This document shows, piece after piece, positions 51,515 through 63,320 of a stretch of 64,000 nt of DNA. Source of the stretch: Octopus bimaculoides. Taxonomy: Eukaryota. Below the pieces are notes generated by a model. It did no database searches and was not told the origin of the DNA. It worked only from the letters and a program-made list of their open reading frames with translations. The position numbers and the translations under genes are program-made. The number at the start of each line of letters is the position of its first letter. Position 1 is the first letter of the stretch. The stretch is from contig NC_069002.1 in assembly GCF_001194135.2 (NCBI RefSeq), forward strand, positions 8,797,990 through 8,861,989, given 5' to 3'.

Positions 51515-52050
51515 CTTACTGTCTACAAAGACATGACTAGTTCGGATTTAGAGGGCAGCAGACCGTGAGACGGAATTCAATTCATATATGAAATTCTGTT
51601 TGTTTGTTTATTTATTATTTCTTTGCAGGTTTTTTCTTTTCTTTTTCCTTTTTTTTCCCCCCTTTATTTATTATTTTGTTTTTTCAAGAATCGCTGACTC
51701 TCGATAAACGCAAACAAACATAGTTTCCGCCATCTTNNNNNNNNNNNNNNNNNNNNNNNNNNNNNNNNNNNNNNNNNNNNNNNNNNNNNNNNNNNNNNNN
51801 NNNNNNNNNNNNNNNNNNNNNNNNNNNNNNNNNNNNNNNNNNNNNNNNNNNNNNNNNNNNNNNNNNNNNNNNNNNNNNNNNNNNNNNNNNNNNNNNNNNN
51901 NNNNNNNNNNNNNNNNNNNNNNNNNNNNNNNNNNNNNNNNNNNNNNNNNNNNNNNNNNNNNNNNNNNNNNNNNNNNNNNNNNNNNNNNNNNNNNNNNNNN
52001 NNNNNNNNNNNNNNNNNNNNNNNNNNNNNNNNNNNNNCCTCTCTCTCCAC
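51515..52050 (-). promoter_or_regulatory. Putative promoter and non-coding first exon (right copy), partly in a gap
   Basis: Minus strand: GA tract at about 52045, gap, AAGATGGCG at 51736-51728, donor ACA|GTAAGA at 51519. Confidence 0.4.
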
Positions 52051-52629
52051 ACTTTCTTTTAAACTGTTGAATTTGTCAGTTTGTTGATAAATGAAGTGGA
52101 CGATGACTGATAATTCGTTTCAATAAATCGTCTGAGAGAGTTTCTTCCAAGTTTCTAGTTTCTAATCTGGCTATTGAATGGAATGATTATCTTGTATTCT
52201 ATGGAACCACACTACCAAAACGAGAAGTTTAGTCTACACAAAGTGTAACTGGGTTAAAGTTTCGTTTGGTTGGACACATTCCTCTCCAAGCTCTATCCAT
52301 GAGTCTATTATTTCTGCTTAGTTCTATAAACTCGTGAAACATCTGTCAGTTATATTATGCCCCCGCTACCTATTCCCAACGCAGAAAACATACTAAACGA
52401 ACTAAAAGCAAGGCATACCGACGAAATAGGATATCTTCTCGTGGCGGATGGTACCCTTTTGCACCACTCAGGGGACAACCCTCCAACTCATGGGTCTCTT
52501 TCAATTGTCATTGGTAGTAAACGTTTTACGAGGTCGAGAGTGGAAATCCTACCTCAACCTCTTTCAGTTACCTTTTACGACCCGCAATGGAAACGTTGGA
52601 TCTAACTTTTGACGTGCTATTCTCTATAT

Positions 52630-53019
52630 TTGGTTGTTGGCACTCCGTCGCTTACGACGTCGAGGGTTCCAGTTGATCCGATCAACGGAACAGTCTGCTC
52701 GTGAAATTAACGTGCAAGTGGCTGAGCACTCCACAGACACGTGTAACCCTTAACGTAGTTCTCGGGGATATTCAGCGTGACACAGTGTGTGACAAGGCTG
52801 ACCGTTTGAATTACAGGCACAACAGAAACAGGAAGTAAGAGTGAGAGAAAGTTGTGGTGGAAGAGTACAGAAGGGTTCGCCACCATCCACTGCCGGAGCC
52901 TCGTAGAACTTTAGGTGTTTTCGCTCAATAAGCACTCACAACGCCCGGTCTGGGAATCGAAACCGCAATCCTATGACCGCGAATCCGCTGCCCTAACCAC
53001 TGGGCCATTGCGCCTCCAC
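52630..53019 (-). mobile_element. Full-length SINE family D with tRNA-Arg-like head
   Basis: Head gtggaggcgcaatggcccagtggttagggcagcggattcgcggtc..ggtttcgattcccag; 12-bp TSD tattctcYatat at 52618-52629 and 53020-53031. Confidence 0.95.
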
Positions 53020-53439
53020 TATTCTCCATATAGCGCGACTTAAAGCCTAAGAATAAACAATTCTTTTTTCACTAATTGCATTTTATTTTACTTTTAATGT
53101 GTTCCGTTGTTTGGATATTTTTCCTGAAATTGGTTCTTCAGTTTTTCTCAAAATTTCTCTTCCAAAATTATCCAAAATTCTTATGTCCATCTTTGGTGAT
53201 ATTTCTTTTTACACAATTAAACAATTAAACAAAATTCTTCCGTTCCTCATTATGTCTTGTTTTTGTTCTACAAATTTTCATGTTGCGGCTTTGGTTTGGT
53301 GCCAATAATATTTACATAAAAATTTGCATATTTATCTGGCATTCTTATTAATGTCTTTGATCAGCAGTTTAAGCTTCCAATATCTGTGCTTGTGTGAGCG
53401 TTTGCGAGAATGCGTGTATGCGTGTGAGCGCGCCCATGT

Positions 53440-53491
<52 letters not shown>

Positions 53492-53678
53492 GTGTGTGTG
53501 TGTGAGTGTGCGTGCGTGTGTGTATATATAGATATACAAAGCCAAAACAGGACGAAATTTAATTAACTCTTAGCTTTGTATCTCTACAGAAACAGTGTGT
53601 AAATACGCACACTGTTATTTCATATGTCACTGAAATACAGTTATACATATATACATACATAAATGCATACATACAAAC

Positions 53679-53753
<75 letters not shown>

Positions 53754-53902
53754 CTCTCGCGTTGTATGCTCTGTAGCACGTATTAATTAATAAACTTCAG
53801 TGCAATAATGACGAAGTCTTGTATTGGTGCTAAGCCAACACTTTGATACCCTGAGCATACAAAACTTATTGGATTATCCTCCGTGTATCACCTGATCTAA
53901 GG

Positions 53903-55050
53903 CGGTGAGCTGGCAGGATTGTATCGTTAGCATGTCGAACAAAATGATTAGTGTTACGTTCTGAGTTCGAATCCCACCGACGTCAGCTTTGCCGTTCATC
54001 CCTTCGGGGTCGATAAAATAAGTACCAGTCAAGTACTTTGAATCGATGTAATCAACTGCCCTCCCCACCATCCACCCAAATTTCAGGCCTTACGTACACA
54101 GTAGAAACAAAATGCTGAGCGGTATTTCTCCCGGCGCTTTACGTTCTGAGTTCAAATCCCGCCAAAGTTAACTCGGCCTCTCATCCTTTCGGGGTCGATA
54201 AAGTAAGCACCAATCAAGTACTTGGATCGATCTAATCGATTAGACACCTCTATCCCAAATTTCAGACCTTACGCCTACAATGGAAACAAAATGTTGAGCG
54301 GTATTTCTTCTGTCTCTTAATGTTCCGAGTTCAAGACCCACCGAAGTCAATTTTGCATTTCATCCCTTCGGGGTCGATAAAATAAAGTACAAGCCACGTT
54401 CCTTCCCCTCAAAATTACTAACCTTGAACCCTGCAACAGACCGGCGTGCTATCGTTTCTGCCAGCTCGTCGCCTAAAAATAAACTGAATATCATCATAGC
54501 AAATTTTGGCACAAGGCCAGCAATTGCGGGGTAAGGGTAAGTCGCTTACATCGACCCCAGGCTGGTGATCAACTGGAACTTATTTATCGATCCCAAAAGG
54601 ATGAAAGGAAAACTCGACCTCGACCGAATTTGAACTCACAGCATGAAGACGGATGAAACGCCACTAAACATTTTGTCTAGCTTGCTCATGATTCTGCCAG
54701 CTCGCCTCTTTTATTATTGATGTCAAATGTTGGCACAAGGCCAACTGGTACTAAACTTTATTGACCCTTGAAAGATGAAAGGCCAATTCGACCTCCGGCG
54801 GGCTCACGATTCTGCCAGCTCACCTCTTTTATTACATATTTTATTGATTTCAAATGTTGGCACAAGGCTGGCAATTTTGCTGTTGAAATAAGCCAATTAC
54901 ACCCACCCCAGTGCTTAACTGGTACTAAATTTTATCGATCCCTGAGAGATGAAAGGCCAATTCTACCTCAGCCGAATTTAAACTCAGGACTTGAATACGG
55001 ACGAAAAGCCTCTAATTGTTTTGTCCGGCGTGCTGACGAATCTTCTAGCT
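53903..55050. mobile_element. Cluster of SINE family C copies: about three on + (53903-54420) then about three on - (54445-55050)
   Basis: Repeated ttctgagttc.aa.ccc..cga..tc / catcc.ttcggggtcgataaa on +, and their reverse complements after 54445. Confidence 0.9.
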
Positions 55051-55480
55051 AATTTCCTTTACTAATATTTTATTGAAATCAGAATGATAAATGCTAAGGA
55101 TAAAAACGTCCTTGGCGATGTTTGAAATCAGGAAGCTAAGAAATTGGATTGAATTTTCTAAAGTCTATATTACGACTCTGTACACTTCCTGCTGTACCAA
55201 GGAATCACCTCAGTGTCTTTGATAATAGCAATTTCTTTGTTGGCAGCAATAGTTGTGTCAATAATGGTGCTGCCATCGTTTAATACCTTTATTGATTACA
55301 GTTTCTGATAGAATATATTATTATCTCTAACGCGGATGTATATATATATGTGTGTACATGCGTTAATAAATATACACATATNNNNNNNNNNGCGTGTGTG
55401 TATAATTGTACATATGCTATGTGGAAACATTAAACGCGATATGTTTTTCCTCTCGCAGTTTCTCTCTCTCCCTTTCTCTT

Positions 55481-55518
<38 letters not shown>

Positions 55519-55520
55519 AT

Positions 55521-55551
<31 letters not shown>

Positions 55552-57185
55552 CTCTCTCTCTCTCTCTTTCCATTTCTTTTTCCTTTATTCCCTTGTCAAT
55601 GAGCGTTGGCTTTTCCATTTTTCCCGAGCGTCAAACTAATACATCTGCTTGTTTTTCCCTTACCTTATCTCTGCCTATTGTTTCCTGTACATTTGAACCA
55701 TATGTGTGTATGTACGTGTGTGTGTGTGCTTCGTGTGTATATGTACGTGTGTGTGTGTGTGTGTGTGTGTAATGATTTACATACTTGTGTATTTGTTTAA
55801 TTTGATAATTTAAAAATAAACTTAATATATCAATTATATATCAATCCTAGAACGGTTGCCAGAGTGATACTGTGAATGAAATGTGCACTTACTGAACAGA
55901 GACTGCACAAAAAAAAATTGCAGTAAGGTTATTGGCCTCTTTCGTTATTTTCATATCATGTTCATCCGTCCGTTGCAGAAGAATAAATGTTAATATTCAA
56001 CAAAATTAAATATTGATGGTTACTTTCAACGAAATCGCTACTAAAACCAAGCGTACAGAGAAAACCAATCAACACAACCTATTTAACAATATAAACAAGA
56101 GATTTGAAAAGCATAAATTTCAGTACCTAAATTGTACTCAATTTCCACATCGTGTAGAAAGGAGTTGGTATCATATGGAATTACTATGAGGTATTTTTTT
56201 TATTCACCAAGCTTTTAACACAAATATTTGCGGAATATTTTTTTGCATAAGATAGCTTTATACTGAAACTGGTTTGAAGTCAATAGTTTTTAAATACTCA
56301 TTTACTATACACGTAATGAAAACTGCTTTAGATGCTGATGTACCACAAAAAGTATAAAGCCAATGTTGTTTTACGTCAAAAGAATCTAGAACCTTCGAGA
56401 GAACATAAAATAATTCGTTTTTAACAGAGGGACTAGAAGTAGATTAGGTTATAAATATTCCTTTGTACTATAGGCACAAGGCCTCAAATTTGGGGGGCGG
56501 GGGTTCTATTACGAAGTTCTTAAAATTTCTAGTTGGTGGTAATCGATTGTGTATAGCACTATTTCATTCTTTTTGGAAATCTTCAGCATGAGTTAACCTG
56601 TAAATTATTAATTCGGTATATTACGAATAGAGACATTTCGTTAAATTAAATTAAATAAATATTAAAGATGAAATTAATTACTATCCGGAAGAAATAGTGA
56701 ATTTATGTAAGAAGTGGGTGCATAATATGATGTTTGTGTACTCATTTTGCTTGGTGTTTAGTGTCCGAATTAAACAAGATTTTAGGCATTGTGCCATAAC
56801 AGAAACATTCCAACAGACAATGATGATTTATCGACATCACACGAAATATGGAATCGGTGGCATGATTGAGTGAATGAACCAGTTATATTTAATATTTTAC
56901 TAAAAGCAAAGAATGTCTGCAGAAATCATACATAATCAATGTTGATGATTGATTTCATTAGAATTAATCTAATGTGATTTCTTCTTTTATTTTTATGCTA
57001 AAATTTCATAAATTATTAACTCTTGATAATATGACACCAATTTATATGTGTAACAAATGTGCTAACATAGCAAATTGTTCGCTACACCGGATATCAGAGA
57101 TTGGTTTTATTATTGGAATACCAGTGATATTTAGATTATAAATTGATTTTATTATTGATACAAGTTAATATAAAATACTGGTTTG

Positions 57186-57700
57186 GACTGAACCATTATT
57201 GCAACATAATATTTCACTACATAATGGCCTAAACCATCATTGTAATGGAATAATTCACTATGTAACGGACTAAACTACTATCGTAATGTAAATAATTGCC
57301 CATATAATGGACTGAACCATTATTGTCATGTACGAGTTCACTATATAATGGACTGAACTATTACTGTCACGTAAGAGTACACTAGTACACTAGTGAAGGC
57401 GCGTGGCCTAGTGGTTAGGCTTTTGTACTCACGATCGCTAGATCGTGGGTTCGATTCCCTGATTAGCCGGCACGTTATGTCCTTGAGCAAAACACTCCAT
57501 TTCACGTTGCTCCCCCTTTCGATCACCGGGGAAAGTTGGCCTGCTCGTCTAGCCAACAGGGTGGTATCATCTGAAGGCTAAACCGATACAAAAACGCATT
57601 GTGACCAACATATGATAGCCCGGTCGGTCACGTGATCACCTAAATAGTACACTATACAACCTACTAAACCATTATTATAATGCAATAGTTGGCTATATAA
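57186..57700 (+). repeat. About 41-bp minisatellite (6-7 degenerate units) interrupted by a SINE
   Basis: Units begin ggactgaaccattattg, ggcctaaaccatcattg, ggactaaactactatcg, ggactgaaccattattg, ggactgaactattactg; resumes after 57654. Confidence 0.85.
57393..57644 (+). mobile_element. tRNA-headed SINE with 10-bp TSD
   Basis: gtgaaggcgcgtggcctagtggttagg..gggttcgattccc; TSD tagtacacta at 57383-57392 and 57645-57654. Confidence 0.93.
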
Positions 57701-58064
57701 TCGACTAAACAGCTTAGTTGATGTTACAGTCAACTAAATTTATTCAATCATAATCAATTGATATTCATTTCCATGTTCCACACCCTATTAATCTATTTGT
57801 ATGTATAATATATATGTATGTATGTGTCTATTTGTGAATGCATGTGTATGTGTCAATTTGTGTCTGTATGTGTATTTGTGTATAATAGGTGAAATATCAC
57901 AAATGGAACGAAAGAAACAAGAGACGGGCAGATGGACAACGTGAGAGGTTACAACAGGTAGAGAAATATTCGAAATCAGTGCACAAAATGTAAATACATA
58001 CACAACACACACACACACACACACACACATACATACATACGTACATACATACATACATACATAA

Positions 58065-58095
<31 letters not shown>

Positions 58096-58104
58096 CATAT
58101 ATAT

Positions 58105-58218
58105 ATACTTTATTTAAAAGCAGCAGAAATATAACAAAAAAACCGTTACTCTGAGTTTCACGTTCCCGTTCATCGGACAGTTTTGTTAGATTTTTCTAAC
58201 AAAACTGTCCGATGAACG
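58105..58218 (-). mobile_element. Penelope-like terminal repeat in fold-back arrangement, between (TA)n tracts
   Basis: Hammerhead motif, then AATAAA (58114-58109), then (TA)n on minus; perfect 24-bp inverted repeat 58167-58190/58195-58218 running into a gap. Confidence 0.6.
58139..58184 (-). ncRNA. Minimal type I hammerhead ribozyme motif (U4C core variant)
   Basis: AAAACUGU-CCGAUGA-ACG(GGAA)CGU-GAA-ACUC(A)GAGU-A^-ACGGUUUU: 8-bp stem I, 3-bp stem II with GNRA loop, palindromic stem III, GUA cleavage triplet. Confidence 0.65.
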
Positions 58219-58702
58219 NNNNNNNNNNNNNNNNNNNNNNNNNNNNNNNNNNNNNNNNNNNNNNNNNNNNNNNNNNNNNNNNNNNNNNNNNNNNNNNNNN
58301 NNNNNNNNNNNNNNNNNNNNNNNNNNNNNNNNNNNNNNNNNNNNNNNNNNNNNNNNNNNNNNNNNNNNNNNNNNNNNNNNNNNNNNNNNNNNNNNNNNNN
58401 NNNNNNNNNNNNNNNNNNNNNNNNNNNNNNNNNNNNNNNNNNNNNNNNNNNNNNNNNNNNNNNNNNNNNNNNNNNNNNNNNNNNNNNNNNNNNNNNNNNN
58501 NNNNNNTATATATATATATATAAATTGGTGCTATACACAATGAGTACTATGCTGAAAGAAGAAAGAAAATAGACTGACGTTTTGGGGTGAGTCCTTTATC
58601 AAATTAGAGTAAGAAGCAAGGAAAAGTAATAAGGTAAGAAATGAAACTTTTCTGAAGCACATGTGTATCTTCCTGCTACATGGTATAAAGTGTGAGTATA
58701 TA

Positions 58703-58756
<54 letters not shown>

Positions 58757-59340
58757 TTTATCGTTAAGATATTCAAGATTTTGGCAGAATAATTTGATTG
58801 ACTCACAGCGTTTATTGTTTTTAAAACTGCATGGGATTCATAAGAAAATATGGAATCTAAACAATAAAAAATAATGCTATAACTTAATTGTGTTTTCTAA
58901 ACATCATGTGAGCAAGAAAAGCGTGTGTCCATATACATAAATATAAAAATGTAAAATACAACAAGGAACGTTAGCAAACGTGAAAAAATGTTCGATAGAA
59001 TACTGGAGAAAAGTGAACGACTGTCAAACACACGAAACAACGTGGGATATAGAAAAAATAGAACCGGAAACGAAACGGAAATTACATACTTATAACAACG
59101 ATATACACAAATCTCTCTTACGGGCAATTATATTCAACAGGATGAATAATGCCCACAACATACACTCAACTAAAAGAGAAGACAAGAAAAAAAATACATG
59201 AAGTTACGTCATTCGTCCGTGTTGCCAACTTACACCTACGTGAGAAATATGAGTAAGGCAGAAGCAAAAAGCGAACTATTCTACGACAGCCTGGAAAATA
59301 TGTCAAACATAAAAATAAATATGGACGATCAAGCATAATC

Positions 59341-59716
59341 GTTGTTGTTGTTGTCACTCCGTCGCTTATGACGTCGAGGGTTCCAGTTGATCCGATCAAC
59401 GGAAATTAACGTGCAAGCGGCTGAGCACTCCACAGACACGTGTACGCTTAATGTAGTTCTCGGGGATATTCAGCGTGACACAGTGTGACAAGTCTGGTCC
59501 CTTTGAATTACAGGCACAACAGAAACAGGAAGTAAGAGTGAGAGAAAGTTGTGGTGAGAGAGTACAGCAGGGTTCGCCACCATCCCCTGCCGGAGCCTCG
59601 TGGAGCTTTAGGTGTTTTCGCTCAATAAACACTCACAACGTCCGGTCTGGGAATCGAAACGGCGATCCTATGACCGCGAGTCCGCTGCCCTAACCACTGG
59701 GCCACTGCGCCTCCAC
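59341..59716 (-). mobile_element. Full-length SINE family D
   Basis: Near-identical to 52630-53019 with a short internal deletion; 11-bp TSD caagYataatc at 59330-59340 and 59717-59727. Confidence 0.95.
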
Positions 59717-60735
59717 CAAGTATAATCAAGCAAGTAATAAACAAGCATTGAACAAGAAATTTTAAATGTGTGTGTATGTGTGTATGTGTGTGTATGTGTG
59801 TACGTATGTATGCGTATAGGTATGTATATAACACATTTTAAATATGGAAAAATTGCCCAACACTTTGAGTGGGTGAAGACCAGCGCAAACCGGATCCCGG
59901 TCAGTTAAGTAACCCTTTTCTTCTACAAAGCCATTTTTAGTGTATGCACATGAAAATGCATACACTAAAACGGTTTCCTATACAGAAGACGCAAAGTAAC
60001 ATACGATTCACCCTTTTTTTTCTTTTCTCCTTCTGACTTGTGTTATATATGTAAAAGTTGTCTTATGAATACGTACACGAATATATTTTCTGTTAAGCTT
60101 TAATACGAAAATATTTATTCTGTGAAAACGCATTTTCCTATTTCTATTTTCAAACAAATGAATACTGAGAACAGAACTATTTTTTCCCCTTTCCCTTGGT
60201 GTTAAAAAGCTAAACTTTGTTTTAATTCCACAAAAAATATATATGTATATAAAAAGAATTTAATGCATTTTCGAACTTTCCTCAGTACTTTTTACATACT
60301 CACACAATATATATATATATATGTGTGTGTGTGGGCATATGCGTGTATGTATATATATATATANNNNNNNNNNNNNNNNNNNNNNNNNNNNNNNNNNNNN
60401 NNNNNNNNNNNNNNNNNNNNNNNNNNNNNNNNNNNNNNNNNNNNNNNNNNNNNNNNNNNNNNNNNNNNNNNNNNNNNNNNNNNNNNNNNNNNNNNNNNNN
60501 NNNNNNNNNNNNNNNNNNNNNNNNNNNNNNNNNNNNNNNNNNNNNNNNNNNNNNNNNNNNNNNNNNNNNNNNNNNNNNNNNNNNNNNNNNNNNNNNNNNN
60601 NNNNNNNNNNNNNNNNNNNNNNNNNNNNNNNNNNNNNNNNNNNNNNNNNNNNNNNNNNNNNNNNNNNNNNNNNNNNNNNNNNNNNNNNNNNNNNNNNNNN
60701 NNNNNNNNNNNNNNNNNNNNNNNNNNNNNNNNNNN

Positions 60736-60766
<31 letters not shown>

Positions 60767-60789
60767 TATATATATATATATTTATATAT

Positions 60790-60852
60790 GATAGATAGAT
60801 AGACGGACGGACGGACGGACGGACGGACGGACGGACGGACGGACAGTCGGAA

Positions 60853-60908
<56 letters not shown>

Positions 60909-60935
60909 GGACAGAAAGGCAAGCAATCAAGCAGG
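60790..60935. repeat. (AGAT)(GGAC)n(AGAC)n compound tetranucleotide tract
   Basis: Directly visible. Confidence 0.97.
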
Positions 60936-61904
60936 CAGGCACTGAATTTTTATATCGCGACTCTCGAGTTCCACGCCACTGCATTCTTCAAGCGTAAATT
61001 GTTCAAGTGTTCCCATGTTTCTAACTTGGTGTTGTTGATATATTCCTGTTTGTTGGCGTGGTTGGGGTTTCATATTTATATTTATTCGTTTGCATTTTCC
61101 TTTTGCTAAATGCCAGTGATTTTCTGCTTCGGCTATTTTATGATGAACGGCCTGTTTTTAAGACGCTTATGAAGTTGTTGATCTACTTCAGGCTGTTCTT
61201 TTGTTAAGTTTGTTTCGGTATGTTTTCGGGGCACCTTTAATGGTATTGTGTTTGCAAATTCTGTCAGGAGATTTTTGAAAATGGTTATAAAACCAATTAA
61301 GGATAAGGATTGTTCGGTTATAAAAGATATTCCATGGCTGAGTGGCTCATGATTTCTGTGATTTTCGGAAAAGTATCCTATTTATTTCAATGGGAATGTG
61401 GTTTTAGGGTGTGTTTAGAATGTATGTATGCGTGGTTATATATCTGTGTGTATGTGTGTGTGCGCGTGAGTGTGCACCTGCTTGTACGATGTGCACACGT
61501 AGTGTGTGTCTGAGAGTGCGTGTGTGAGTGTGCACGCGTACCTGCATGCATGTGCACACCTGTCTGTGCGCGTGTATGCGTGTGTATGCGTGTGTGTGCG
61601 CGCTCGCTCGCACGTGTGTGTGTATACGTGTGAGTGTGATATGTATATAAAGAATTTTGTTTGTAAAAATCCATTGAAGATCATGTGAAATTAAATTCTT
61701 AGGTTCCCAAGTGTGAATATGTGTGCAAGTGTTCAAACCTGAGTACGTGCGTTCGTGTGTGCAACGTAGCCGAGTCTTTATGTATGTATGCGTATGTGTG
61801 TGTGTGTGTGTGTGTGTGTATTTGTGTGCGTGTACGTGTGTGTGTATGGATGTGTTCGTGTGTGTGTGGCATGTATGGAGACAGAGCCAATTCTTTAAAT
61901 ATCA

Positions 61905-62520
61905 GCTTCAAATTTTGACACACGGCCAGTAAATTAGAGGGGAGGGGTAAGTCATTTACATCGACCCTAGTACTCAAATTGTGCTTGTTTTATCGACCCC
62001 GAAAGGATATGAGACAAAGTCGGCCGCGATGGAATTTGAACTCAGAATGTAAGGACGGAATAAATGCTGTTAAGGATTTAGCCTGGTTTCCTAACGATTC
62101 TACTGGCTCGTCGCCCTAACAATTGATTATAATATTAAATAACGTGGTCATTTATTAGTTATGTTGTTCGGAGTTCAGATTCCGCTGAGGTCGACGTTGT
62201 CATTTGTTTTACTTTCGTGGGATGGAGGTCGAAAAAATAAGTAGCTGTTGAACAATGGATTCCATGTTATTAACTATCCCCTCCCCTCAAATTTCAGGTT
62301 TTGTGCTTATAGCAGAAAAAATTATAACTGTTATTATGTTCTGAGTTCGAATTCCGCCAAGTAGAATTTTGTCTTTCATCTTTTCGGGGTCGATCCTGAA
62401 ATGATGAAAGGCAAAGTCGACCTCGGTGTAATTTGAACTCAGAACGTAAAGACAGACCAAAAAAACGCTAAGCATTTTATCCGACGTGCAAACGTTTCTG
62501 CCAGCTCGTCGCCTTAGCCA
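61905..62520. mobile_element. SINE family C copies in alternating orientation, including a head-to-head fusion at 62338-62445
   Basis: Minus copy 61905-62120, plus fragment 62170-62320, fused inverted pair centred on tcga at 62390-62393. Confidence 0.85.
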
Positions 62521-62969
62521 GTTTTTTAATATCAATTTACTTTTGTGCGTTCAGCATGATGTGTTCTCATTCTGCTTGTTTAGAGTGAAAACGTTTTGAG
62601 TAATTCTATTTTCTTCTTGTTTGTTTTGCTGTATAGGGAGATATTCTAGATCGATTTACGTACGGCAATGCACGGTCAATCATTTCTCATTTTTATAATA
62701 TGTTTGCAATGATGTGGCATTCTTTAAGCTCCCTGGACAAGGACATTGCATTCATTACTTGATAGGGTATGACATAAGGTCAAACAGACAGACAGACAAG
62801 CAGACAGCTAGAGAAACCCAGCGCTTAGTATATAAAATAGGTTGTCATCAGAATGCTACTCAAACATCATTACACACACATATCTATATGCACGCATGCA
62901 TATACATATCTCAATATGTATATAAATATCCGAATATGTGTATAAATGAATGTATATACAGTAATGCCT

Positions 62970-63320
62970 CGATATACTTAGCGCTTCGGCAAAAAGAGAC
63001 CGATAGAATAGTACTACGCTTATGAAAAATAAGTCCTGGGTCGATTTCTACGTCCAAAGGCGGAGCTCCAGCATGGCCGCAGTCAAATGACTGAAACAAG
63101 TAAAAGAATAAAAGAATATATATATATATAAGGCATTTCGTCTGCCTTAACATTCTGAGTTCAAATTCTACGGAGGTCGATTCTACGGAGGTCAAATTCT
63201 ACGGAGGTCGATCCCTTTCGGGATCGATAAAATCAGTACCAGTTGTACATTGGTGTCGATGTAATCGACTTACCCCCTCTTCCGAAATTGCTGGCCTTGT
63301 GCCAAAATTTGAAAGCAATA
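62970..63320 (+). mobile_element. SINE B tail (62970-63125) followed by a family C copy with an internal 15-bp triplication
   Basis: gctccagcatggccgcagtcaaatgactgaaacaagtaaaag; attctacggaggtc three times at about 63165-63210. Confidence 0.88.

Larger units (their letters stand above)
51438..57220 (-). repeat. Right copy of long inverted paralogous block (partner 24740-28262)
   Basis: See left copy; longer because it carries extra SINE insertions. Confidence 0.9.

Noticed and set aside
52940-53019. tRNA-Arg-like sequence (also 59640-59716 and 38870-38945)
   Set aside because: A and B boxes are present but there is no pairing acceptor stem; each continues into a SINE body, and the 52.6 and 59.3 kb copies are TSD-flanked
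61030-61380. A-rich minus-strand open stretch (SLIGFITIFKNLLTEFANTIPLKVP...)
   Set aside because: Broken by a stop near 61133 and no motif I can assign; possibly retroelement debris
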